DNA of 64,000 nt, from the NCBI GenBank assembly GCA_950097015.1, contig CATNEN010000038.1:7564001-7628000 (forward strand). Direction: 5' to 3'. Below the pieces are notes generated by a model. The model made no database searches. It worked only from the letters and a program-made list of their open reading frames with translations, and had not been told where the DNA came from. Within the stretch, counting starts at the first letter, position 1. Each line of letters starts with the position of its first letter. The DNA comes from Macrostomum hystrix (Eukaryota > Animalia > Platyhelminthes). This document shows positions 22,201 through 34,000 of this stretch, in pieces. Position numbers and translations under genes: made by a program.

Positions 22201-22980
22201 CCTCTGTGATGGGTGGCAAGCCATCTCGAAAATCGTCCAGACCATCTTTAACAAACACCCAGTCTTTGCCAACATTTACTTTGCCAGGGTTGCCTTGCTG
22301 TCCTGTAGCCTTAGAGTATTTCAAATTTATGCGCTCTTTGTACCTGAGAAGAGATATAAGTATTGTGTCGTTTGCTGGTAAAAAATCATCAAATAACTCT
22401 ATACTAGCTTTTAAACACGTTAAAAACCTGTTAAACACGTTAAAAAACTGTTGGACACATTTAGAAAATTGTTGGACATATTAAAAAAACTGTTGGACAC
22501 TTTTCTCGATTGAAATTGAGACAAGGTTTGATGATTTATTTATGTTGTACTAAGAAAGGAGTAGATGTCTCGCTTGCATTGAGCAATATATCGTTGAATT
22601 GAATTGAAGTCTACTATGCACATTTTACCTATTTAAATCAACCACACACACACGAGTGAGAAAAGTTGTGATGTAATATTTAATCCCCTTAGCAATAAAG
22701 TTAAGCTTAATAAAAATACGTGTATAATTGTCCCCAAATTTGGCATCTTTTGATGAAGAAATGGTGAAAATCGGTTGAGCCATTCGGGAGAAAATCAATT
22801 ACAACCAAGCAACCATTTCATTTTTAGTATAGTAAGATTTTCGTTTTTAGTATATTAGATAGATAGAAGAAGTGGTACACTGTGAAAAATGTCATATTAA
22901 AGTACATACCAGGGAATATTTTGTTTCTTCTTATCGGTAGCTGTACTGACTAAAAGTAAGTCATACTTTTTCTCTGCCAT
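19211..22980 (-). CDS. FAM47: FAM47-family protein (~479 aa, 6 coding exons)
   Basis: Exons on the minus strand: 22910-22980, 22184-22343, 21857-22081, 21202-21507, 19986-20477, 19211-19396. All introns are GT-AG and phase-consistent (1440 nt). FAM47 motifs: PWYKER, WVFVKDGLDDFRDGLP, HPLALYPHLEESVPPE, DFCDWV, LFASGYETKP, KFRYGAWYL, RKPEFL. Confidence 0.88.
20580..20748. mobile_element. Short non-autonomous DNA element (MITE-like) in FAM47 intron 4
   Basis: Inverted termini GTAGCCAAGGGAGGGGGG ... CCCCCCAGAAAAAATCCTGGCTACG around a GC-rich core. No clear TSD. Confidence 0.5.
20840..21072 (-). mobile_element. SINE family 1 copy
   Basis: Reverse complement of the head and body of the 18077 and 42757 element, including the TGTACA-CTGAC...GTCAG-TGTACA hairpin. 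Confidence 0.8.
21570..21815 (+). mobile_element. tRNA-derived SINE family 2 copy
   Basis: B-box GGTTCGATTCC, body gtaccagcattagctggggtaattg...gtccatggactgaac...gcaatagctgcg, and an ATT-rich tail; matches 58956-59258. Confidence 0.8.
22550..22865 (-). mobile_element. Possible non-autonomous Helitron-like relic in FAM47 intron 1
   Basis: The minus strand begins ATCTTACTATACTAAAAATGAAATGGTTGCTTGG...CAACCGATTTTCACC, resembling short invertebrate Helitron-like elements. The 3' hairpin and CTAG end are only weakly visible. Confidence 0.3.
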
Positions 22981-24214
22981 CTTGCTTAAATTTTAAGCAA
23001 GTATATTTTTACTTGATTAAGATACACAATAATAACGTATGGTTCTTTTTTAGGATAAGCAATAATAAATGGAACGAAAGCCAGCAATTAAAAGCTTCAT
23101 GAGTCTATAGCACTTGAAAATAAGCATTTTATTTACCACGAAAAGATGTAATAAGTATAAAAAAGTACATGTTACAAAAATTCTGCAAAAGTAGTATTGC
23201 TTTTGTTTACTCTTCTTCATGCCTTGTTTAAACGCTTTTTGAAACGCTAAAAAAGCAACTCGGATTTTTTAGTGCGCCTATTTACGTTAAAAGGCGAACT
23301 TGGGTGGTGGGCGTAACGCTCTAGTCTAGTCTTAGGCCTACGATAGACAAATTTAGTTTATTAACTCGCGTTTTTTATTTAAATGAAACTTGATAAACGA
23401 TGCTTGATCACTTGGAATCAAATGGCTAACTTATTTTTTTTTCGAAGGGGTCGTTAATGTTCTTTTTAGAGCGCTTATCTCATGACATAAGTTTGTGTCC
23501 TTGTGAGTAATTTAATCATGTGTTTACAGCTCCGAAAACACACTGTTAGTGTTACTTTTAGTCGCTACCAACTTATCTAGAGGACTAGACCTAGCAAGGT
23601 CTAGTACAACTAATACAGCATTATTGGTTATTGGCAATTATAGTCATAGGACTTAGCTTAGTACTATCCAATATTTGCTTTGTTAATAAAGCTGGCTTGC
23701 TTTTTATTATAGTTTGGGCCTATTTACCAATATAAGTGAGCTCTAGTTCAATCTCTTCTTGCTGCAGAGATATTTTATATACTCAAGTACATTTGTTTCT
23801 ATGCCTACCTAGAAAATTACTTATTCAATATTTATTACCCATATTCGTATTATTTGGCATACTAGCTACTATGTTGGTCAATCAATTTCTCTTAAGTGCA
23901 CATGATTCAATCTGCATAGGGCCTAGTTTAGGCCTAGTAAATTACTTCCTTATTAGGTGTAACTGGAGCCAGAACAGTAACCATATGAAGCTAGGGCCTA
24001 TATATGTAATTAAATGTGGATAGTTCTAGTTCAAATTTGTTTTAAAAAGGTTTTAGCTACAAAAATGCATAGATCTGTAAAGGAAAGTAATTTTTATATG
24101 GTGAATCAAGGTAGGCCCTAGCTAGGCCAATTATTTTATATATATTCTCTTTGTCAAATTGCAATTTTTATTTATGTATTTTTGAATTAGGCATGTCATT
24201 AATAATAACTACTC

Positions 24215-24640
24215 TATGGGATCTGCTCTGACCATCCCCTAATCCATATGATCTGCTCCCATCATCCTTTAATCCACATGATCCACTATCTACATCCCTT
24301 AATCCATATGATCTGCTCCCACCATTATTTAATCCACATGATCCGCTATCTACATCCCTTAATCCATATGATCTGCTCCCACCATTATTTAATCCACATG
24401 ATCCGCTATCTACATCCCTTAATCCATATGATCTACTCCCACCATTATTTAATCCACATGATCCGCTATCTACATCCCTTAATTCATAGGATCTGCTCTC
24501 ACCATCCTTTAATCCACATGAACTGCTCAAACAATCCTTTTATCCCCATGATCTGCCCCCACCATTCTTTTATCCACATGATCAGCTCCCACTATCCTTT
24601 AATCCACATGGTCTGATCCTGCACCATCCTATAATCCTCT
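24215..24640. repeat. 30-bp minisatellite with 60-bp higher-order dimer
   Basis: AATCCATATGATCTGCTCCCACCATTATTT alternates with AATCCACATGATCCGCTATCTACATCCCTT. Confidence 0.9.
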
Positions 24641-25040
24641 AGAAATGCTGTCAGTATTAGGAGTTGTTTTACAGTTTTGTATTGTCTGTTGTTGTATTAT
24701 TAGTACTGCTTCTAGTGTCTGATGTAATTGATATTTTGTACACGTCTCATCTTTTGCAGCGGAAGTGCCTTAATAAAGGAAGAAAATTTCACTAAACATT
24801 CCTGCATTCAAAGTGCTATTGGACACAGCCCAGCCAAATTAACTTATTCTACTGAGATCTATCAACAGCAGTGTGAACCAGTTGGACAAGTGGATATTTT
24901 TTTCGATTATTTCTTTTCTGCCTTTATTGCCAAATCGTCGAGAAAAGTTCGCCAGCATTCCAAAGGCTCTACCATTGTCATAGATTTTATAGCTAGTCTG
25001 ACATCAGAGCAGGTCGGGCTTGCACTGATTCCGACCGCAC

Positions 25041-28000
25041 ATGGGTCTCTTTGACATTCTCAGACGCTTTGGCAAGAAGCCGGATGATCACGTGAAGATC
25101 AATCCGTTTGTTAAGCGCGACGTTGACCCGTTCATTGCCTGGGAAAAGGAGGATAAAATCGGCGACGGCGCGTTCGGCGAAGTGTTTCGCTGCCGGCAGA
25201 AGGACTCCGGCAAGCTGGCCGCCATCAAGCAGATTGGAGTCGACAGTGAGGAGGACCTGCTAGACTACATGGTCGAAATTAATATCCTGACCAAGTGCAG
25301 ACACAATGGCATTATTGAACTGTTTGAGGCCTACCTGTTTGATAGCAAGCTCTGGCTCTGCTTGGAGTATTGCAAATTCGGCGCCTTGGACTCCATCATG
25401 ATTGAGCTTGATAAGGTGAGCATAGTTACATTGCTGCTGCAGACTCACATTGTGACACTTGATAACCTGTTATTCGTGAGGTTAGGCTGTGACACCTGTC
25501 TACCTGTTATTCATGAGGCTCGGTTGTGACACCTGTCTACCTGTTATTCATGAGGCTAGGTTGTGACACCTGTCTACTTGTTATTCATGAGGCTAGGTTG
25601 TGACACCTGTCTACCTATTATTCATGAGGCTAGGCTGTGACACCTGTCCACTTGTTATTCATGAGGCTAGGCTGTGACACCTGTCTACTTGTTATTCATG
25701 AGGCTAGGCTGTGACACCTGTCTACTTGTTATTCATGAGGCTAGGTTGTGACACCTGTCTACCTATTATTCATGAGGCTAGGTTGTGACACCTGTCTACC
25801 TGTTATTCATGAGGCTCGGTTGTGACACCTGTCTACCTGTTATTCATGAGGCTAGGTTGTGACACCTGTCTACTTGTTATTCATGAGGCTAGGTTGTGAC
25901 ACCTGTCTACCTGTTATTCATGAGGCTAGGCTGTGACACCTGTCTACCTGTTATTCATGAGGCTAGGCTGTGACACCTGTCTACCTGTTATTCATGAGGC
26001 TAGGTTGTGACACCTGTCTACCTGTTATTCATGAGGCTAGGCTGTGACACCTGTATACCTGTTATTAATGAGGCTAGGCTGTGACACCTGTCTACCTGTT
26101 ATTCATGAGGCTAGGCTGTGACACCTGTCTACCTATTATTCATGAGGCTAGGCTGTGACACCTGTCTACCTGTTATTCATGAGGCTAGGCTGTGACACCT
26201 GTCTACCTGTTATTCATGAGGCTAGGTTGTGACACCTGTCTACCTGTTATTCATGCGGCTAGGCTGTGACACATGTATACCTGTTACTTATGAGGCTAGG
26301 CTGTGACACCTGTCTACCTGTTATTCGCGAGGCTAGGCTGTGACACCTGTCTACCTGTTATTCATGAGGCTAGGCTATGACACCTGTCTACCTGTTATTC
26401 ATGCGGCTAGGCTGTGACACATGTATACCTGTTACTTATGAGGCTAGGCTGTGACACCTGTCTACCTGTTATTCGCGAGGCTAGGCTATGACACCTGTCT
26501 ACCTGTTATTCGCGAGGCTAGGCTATGACACCTGTCTACCTGTTATTAATGAGGCTAGGTTGTGACACCTGTCTACCTGTTATTCGTGAGGCTAGGTTGT
26601 GACACCTGTCTACCTGTTATTAATGAGGCTAGGTTGTGACACCTGTCTACCTGTTATTCGTGAGGCTAGGTTGTGACACCAGTCTACCTGTTATTCGTGA
26701 GGCTAGGCTGTGACACCTGCTGGCCAGTTATTTAGGGAGCAAATGTTGAGAACGCAGTTGTATTACCTAGATAAAGGAATTAGCTTTTAAAATCCAGTTC
26801 AGCTCACACGCTCTCTGATTTTAAGGCTTGATAGAAAAGCCCCATTTTCCTAGTAACTATGCATCCTTACTGGCCGATTTGATAAGGCAAGGTTAGGGAA
26901 ACGCCCACAACTCAGCACTGAGTCGCCTTTAACGCCCTTGCCTATTGCGTAGGTCATAAAGTACGAAATAAAAAAATATAGCTATATAGAGCTTGTTGTG
27001 CTTCCACTGCTCTCAAGCTTAGCCTGGTATTTAAAATCTATAATTGGCACCTGCGCGAAACACAACTAGTTAAATATGGAATCCGCGGCAGATAGATAAG
27101 TAGATAAAACTGTTGCCAGGACAGATACCAGAGTGACAGATTGTAAAAACATAGACAGGTTGCTCAGTTTTTTAAGAAAATAAATCATATTTCCTGCTGC
27201 TAAATGCAATTAGCTTCATTTTAACGTTTAATTGACACTTCTTCCGATGGTGACATCACATTTCAGGAAATATTTACGGTAAAAAATATTTTTTTCTCGT
27301 AATAATTGTTTCCTTAAAGCATTCATTCATAATTTATCGATCATATCGATTTATAGATCATATCGATTTATCGATCATATCGATTTATCGATCCTATCGA
27401 TTTATCGACCCTATCGATTTATCGATCCTATCGATTTATCGATCCTATCGATTTATCGATCCTATCGATTTATCGATCCTATCGATTTATCGATCCTATC
27501 GATTTATCGATCATATCGATTTATCGATCATATCGATTTATCGATCATATCGATTTATTGATTTTATAGATTTTATTTATTGATTGATTATTTTTTTTTC
27601 TTATCCTCTATCTGCTAGGGCCTGGCCGAGTCCCAGATTCGCATGATCTGCCGCGAGGTGACAGAGGCGCTGCAGTTCCTGCACTCGCAAGGCGTCATTC
27701 ACCGGGATTTGAAGGCCGGCAACATCCTGCTCACCTCCGATGCAGTCATAAAGCTGGCAGATTTCGGCGTGTCCGCTATGGGTGACTCGCCCGAGGTGAA
27801 GCGCAACTCGTTCATCGGCTCTCAGTACTGGATGGCGCCCGAAGTTATGGCCTGCGAGACATACAACGAGGTGCCCTACGGCACCCAGGCGGACATCTGG
27901 AGCCTCGGCGTCACCCTGATCGAGCTGGCTCAGATGCTGCCGCCGCATCACAATATGCAGCCAATGCGAGTTGCTATCCGGGTCATCAAAGGCGATCCGC

Positions 28001-31000
28001 CAAGATTGGAGCGACCGAAACAGTGGAGCAACGAGTTTAATCACTTCTTGGGTGAGCCCCACCCCAACAGCGGTGGGCTCTCTGCCCCTTTCTTATCTAT
28101 CGCTAATCCTTGAATCTAAGACTGTGGGGTAGGGTTGTAGCCCTAGTGGAAGGGGCTGTAGCCCTAGTGGAAGGGGCTGTAGCCCTAGTGAAAGGGGTTG
28201 TAGCCCTAGTGGAAGGGGTTGTAGCCCTGGTGAAAGGGGTTGTAGCCCTAATCGTAGGGGTTGTAGCCCGAGTAGAAGGGGTTTCAGCCCTAGTGGAATG
28301 GGTTTTAGCCCTTAGTGAAAGGGGTTGTAGCCCGAGTGGAAGGGGTTGTAGCCCTAGTGAAAGGGGTTGTAGCCTGAGTGGAAGGGGTTTTAGCCCTAGT
28401 GGAAGGGGCTGTAGCCCTAGTGAAAGGGGTTGTGGCCCTAAAGCATGTGGCTCTAGCGGAAGGGGTTGTTAGAGCCTCGGATTTAAGACTCAAAGGTTCG
28501 ATTCCCGAACCCAACTCTACTGGATGAATGTGTCACTCTGTTTGCTGTCAGTTCACCCAGCTGTTAAATCCGTACCAGCGTCAGCTGTGGTAATTGATGG
28601 TGCTGGACTATTCATCGTCAAAACCACCAAAACCATAATTCCGCCGATTCGAGTTCAGTAGCTTTACTGCCACAGTCCCCGGTAGTGGCCTGGCTAATCA
28701 GTGCGTTATCCGCCCGCAGGCCGCTGCCTGGTCAAGATGCCCAACCAGCGGGCTGCCATCCCGGAGCTGCTGGCGCACAAGTTTATCTCTGGCGTGGCCG
28801 AGTCGGATCGGCGCTTTCTGCGCAACCTCATCGCCGAGCTGCAGGCCGCTCCGGAAGTTGAAGTCGAGGAAGTCGACGTTCGAGAAAGCGACTTGCGCAG
28901 CGGCATCGGCGGCGGAGGCGGCGGCATACGGGACAGCATCTTCCCCATCAACGATCTGGATGTTGACGAGGATGCAGCCGGCAGCAGCATGCTGCACGGC
29001 GAGCGCTCTCTGGGCGGCTCCTCCGGCCGGCTGAGCGCAGTCGGCGAATTGGACACCATCAGCAGCGTCGGCGACTCCAGCTCCGTGGCCGACGCCACCG
29101 TGACTGCTGCTGCTGCTGAGGCTGTCACGCCATTTGACACCAAGTCCGCCAACATCGTTGACGCGTCGGCATCTGTCCCGACTCCCCAGCCGTTGGCCGA
29201 TGTACTCGAGCCCCCTGTTGTCATAGTTGTTGAGCCTCCACCAACTGTCGTTGAGCCACTCAAGTCGCCAGATTCGCCTAAGTCGCCAGATTCGCCCAAG
29301 TCGCCAGATTCGCCCAAGTCGCCAGATTCGCCCAAGTCGCCGGACAGTCCAATGTTGCCGCCGCAGACGCCCAACACTGTTGTGCCACCGCCGGATGCGT
29401 TTGCTGTAAGCTGCGGTTTACGCGTGCTTGTAAACTAATTTCGCTACTACTTACTAATAGCCTCAGTTATTAAACACTATCTAACCTCGTATTAACTTTA
29501 TTAACTCGAATCACCTGGACTATAAGACTCGATACCTGCATACGAATTACTCTTCATCTTCTTAACTTTTGATCCTGCTGGCTACTAAAGAAGCGGCAGA
29601 GGCAGCAGATCCCGCAAGAGCAGCCGCGGCCACCGCCGGATGTGGAATCCGTAGACATCATTGTCATCGCCGAGGATGCGGCTGCTGATGCGCCCGACGG
29701 TGCAGCTGCAACGCCATCCACTATTGTAGCCACCGTGCCGCTCTCGTCGTCAGCTATTGAAGCCTCTTCCATCAATAGTCCCAGGCGATTTATCCCTCAA
29801 TCCCAGTCCCCAAATGCTGCTGCTGCTGCTAGGGCGACTCGAGCTGCTATAGCTGCTGCTGCTGCTGCCGCAGCCACACCTTCCACGGCGATACGCCGCA
29901 GTCGCAGCAGCGCCGGCGCCGAGACGGGATCCGCCTCGACCTTCGCCACCCCTTCGCCGTCGGCAACCCTGGCGGCTTCGACTGCCGAGTCGCCCCCGAT
30001 CGACCTGCTCAGCCGGGATGCTGTGCGAGAGCGGCCTCGCCGAGATGGCGTTGAAATGCCGCATCTCAGGGCCAGCGCCTCCATCTTAATGTTCGAACAG
30101 ATGCTGGGATCGTCTGCCAACCCCTCTCCAATGTCCCCGAGCTCTCCGGCTCAGAAACTGCAGCCGCAGCAGCAGCAGCAGCAGCAGCAACCGTCTGTTA
30201 TACATCAGCGGCATCGTTCAGATGATCGCTCAGAAGTGGGCAGAATCCGATCCGCATTTTTAGACTGGGATCGCAGTCAGTCCCTGCAGCAGCAGCAGCA
30301 GCAGCAGCAGGAGGATGTAAAGCCTCGACAACGAAGCGTTAAGGTTCGGTTCGGTGCAGAGATGCTTGGCTAATAGAGAATAGCCAGATTTGGTGGATGC
30401 TTATTTCAAATATCTATTATCATAAAGTACTATTGGTTGGTGTGATTTCCTCGTGGTATAAAATCCTTTAATTGTTGTTTATCACAAAGCTCACCTTTGT
30501 TTATTATAATTGCTATTGTGTTTCTATGTTGAAATAGTCCTGATATATAATGCATGTGTTATATCATGTTTAGCGAATAGTTACTACGTTCGTAGGTTGA
30601 AGGCTGAGGCTGGTATGGTGCGTGATGCTGAAGCTTACAGATAGTCCTGTAGTCCTATATGACTGCCTCCATTCATTCTACCTGTCACTACATCGAAGTA
30701 GTGAAGCCTTTAAGTCGTGTTCATTCCTTGCTCGCGAGTGCCTAACCTGACACCAGGCATGCACTCGAAACCGCCACGAATTCATTTTGTATCCATCCTA
30801 GCTTCCAACGTGTGTTCTGAGAATCTAGATAGCTGAAATATGTTTGTTTATGATAGTTCTATTCTTAGAATTTTGTTTAAATACTAGTTTAAAGGCATGT
30901 TGAAGCAGTGTGAAGAACAAGAAGACTCAACTGTCCGCTTATTTGCCTACTATGAGTAGAGTCGTGCAATTACACATCATTCTATGAGTGTTAATGTTAC

Positions 31001-34000
31001 AAACTTTCAACACAATTGTAAATTGTAATTTTAAACAACCTACTATTAGTAGCGTGTAGTATAAGTTATCTTAGATTAGAATGAATAATGGAATATGAGG
31101 GTAATAAAGTTAAATACACTGTCTTCCTAATAAACAAATCACACTAATATTCGATTGACAAGTAAACGAATTAAATTAAAAAATCACCTTTTAAGTCACT
31201 CGTTTTTTACGTTTAGTGACTGGAGTTTCGTTTTGAGCTTGTTCATTTTATTCCATATGCAAATTTTGTGCTCAAATATTTATTTCTTCTCAACTCACGA
31301 TCAGACTGTCATTGTGGCGTCAACTCCGACGCCCGCCGCTTCCGTTGCTATGGAAACATTGGACTCGGCGGCGGCTGCGGAGCCGGAGTCATCCGCCCAG
31401 ATTGCGACATCGAAGAGTTCGCTCAGGTCCAGTGTCTCCTCGGAGACCATCGAGAGCGACACGGAGGGCGCCTCTCCACTGGGAGCGGACGAGCTTGAGA
31501 AGCGGCGACTAGCGGAGGAAGAGAAAGAGCGGGCCGACGTAGCGGAAGCCACCTGCGATGGTCTGGTGGATGAGGTGCTGCTTGATGAAACCCGAGAGCC
31601 GAGTGTGCCGGCTGTGGTTATGCAGGTGGGCTGTGTACCTATTAAGTCTTTGTTACTTCATTTGTTTGAGATCTAGCATTCAGGCTTTGGGATCTGGGAT
31701 TTTAGATGTGTGTTCCTTAAAGTTGGGATATTATGTAAGGGATTTTTGATCAGGAGATGTGGGATGTGGGATCTAGCTATAGGATCTTATAATCGGGATC
31801 TTAGATATGGGATCTTGAAGTTGGGATCTGGAATGTTGGTCAATTGATGGCATAATCCCTTCCCCTCTTTCAGGTGCTGCAAGAGGAGCTCAACGAAGTG
31901 TCCAACATTGATGAGCTGATCAGCTCCAGCTTCAATCTGGCCATCGGCAGTCACGACAAAGAGGAGGAGGAGCCGCCGCCGCAGCCACCGCAGCCGGAGC
32001 CAGAGCAGCCGCAGCCGACTGTTACAGACATCGACGCTGTGCCGCAGTCGTCGACTATAGCCTCGGCTGACGACCAGCCAGCTTGCTCGTCGCCAACCGC
32101 CATCAATGTTGAACTGGTTGCCGAAGCGTCCGCAGTCGAGAATCGTTTAAACAGCTCGGCTGCAACGTCCAGTCGGTCGGCCAACGTGAAGTCCGGCTAC
32201 GGCTCTGTCACTGTGCGCAGCAGCGGCGGCGCCTCCGTCTCCGCGGTGTCGGCGAACAACACGACGTCGTCCGTTGATGATGACTCAAAGTCGGCTGGCG
32301 TCAGCATCAACAACGACGAAGGCGGCGCTGACGGGGGCGGAGGTCCAGCTAGGGTTGTTCGGCGGCAGAAGGATGTGAGTAGACAATCTGCACTCAAGAT
32401 GTCTGGTGTTCGAATTTTGGCCTGGGAGAAAGCTATTAGTGCATTGACGCAGACTATTAATTTCTAATTGCTGAGGTCTCAGAATGGTGAATCTGGTGAC
32501 CCCCCGGATAGAAAATAGGGAATCGGTTAAGCCACTTCAAACACTGGAAAAGTAAACATCATTTGTCTCAATAATGGTATAAGACCTCTTAAAGTGCACT
32601 TCAATAGCTGACAAAGAATGACAGATTTGGCAAGCAGCAGACCGAAGTAACTTCTCAAAGTAAAGAAAGCATTATTTTATGCTTATTATTTTTCACAACA
32701 GTCAAGCTGCTTCACAGCTAATCGTAATTTTCAATAAACCTTAGACGCCATTTTTCCTACTTTGAACTTTGAAGGCCAAGTTTAACTCCGTCATCATCAA
32801 GAAGAAGCGCGTCTTCACCGACGAAACTGGACAGCAGGTGGTCACCACCACTATCAGGACTGTGCGCAAGGGTGACGAGCACAAGATCCAGGACCAGTTC
32901 ATTAACAGGTGAGAGTTCTGCGAGTTTTATTGAGAACACAATGATGCGGTCCAGTTTTCCATTATCAGTGTGTGTGAACACAATGATGCGGTCCAGTTTT
33001 CCATTATCAGTGTGTGGGAACACAATGATGCGGTCCAGTTTCTATTATCAGTGTGTGTGAACACAATGATGCGGTCCAGTTTCTATTATCAGTGTGTGGG
33101 AACACAATGATGCGGTCCAGTTTTCCAGTATCTGTGTGTGGGAACACAATGATGCGGTCCAGTTTTCCTGTATCTGTGTGTGGGAACACAATGATGCGGT
33201 CCAGTTTTCCTGTATCTGTGTGTGGGAACACAATGATGCGGTCCAGTTTTCCAGTATCTGTGTGTGGGAACACAATGATGCGGTCCAGTTTTCCAGTATC
33301 TGTGTGTGGGAACACAATGATGCGGTCCAGTTTTCCAGTATCTGTGTGTGGGAACACAATGATGCGGTCCAGTTTTCCTGTATCTGTGTGTGGGAACACA
33401 ATGATGCGGTCCAGTTTTCCAGTATCTGTGTGTGGGAACACAATGATGCGGTCCAGTTTTCCAGTATCTGTGTGTGGGAACACAATGATGCGGTCCAGTT
33501 TTCCAGTATCTGTGTGTGGGAACACAATGATGCGGTCCTGTTTTCCAGTATCTGTGTGCGAAATGTTAATTGACCTGCATATGCGCTATAATATCGATTC
33601 ATACTCAAGCCCTGTGCCTACCTGTCAGGTATATTGGTGCGTGAATCGATAAAAATGATTCTGATGATAAAACACTTGTGCTTGATAGGGCAGGCTATAT
33701 TTTTAGCCATGCAAACTGCAGACTTGCATGATACGGCTCTAGGAGAAGCACTGTTAATCTTGGCACTGATTTCGCGTGTAGCTAGACCGTCTTATTGGAT
33801 TTTTACCTGACATTTCTGCTTCTGTCCGATTATCCAACAGCCAGCATTGCCTTACCTTTGCCCCGCCTCCTCATCCCGACGAGTCGCTGATATAGATTTC
33901 TCCAAATGAAAAGGAGAGGAAAATGAAGAATCTCATAATCGCTTGGCCGCGTTTTGGCGGGCTTCCCCTCCGCCTCGGACTGCCAGCTAAAATTGATGAT

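Noticed and set aside
25450-26720. 37-bp and 35-bp repeat arrays as possible CRISPR arrays
   Set aside because: The units are head-to-tail with no unique spacers, no cas genes are present, and the context is a eukaryotic intron.
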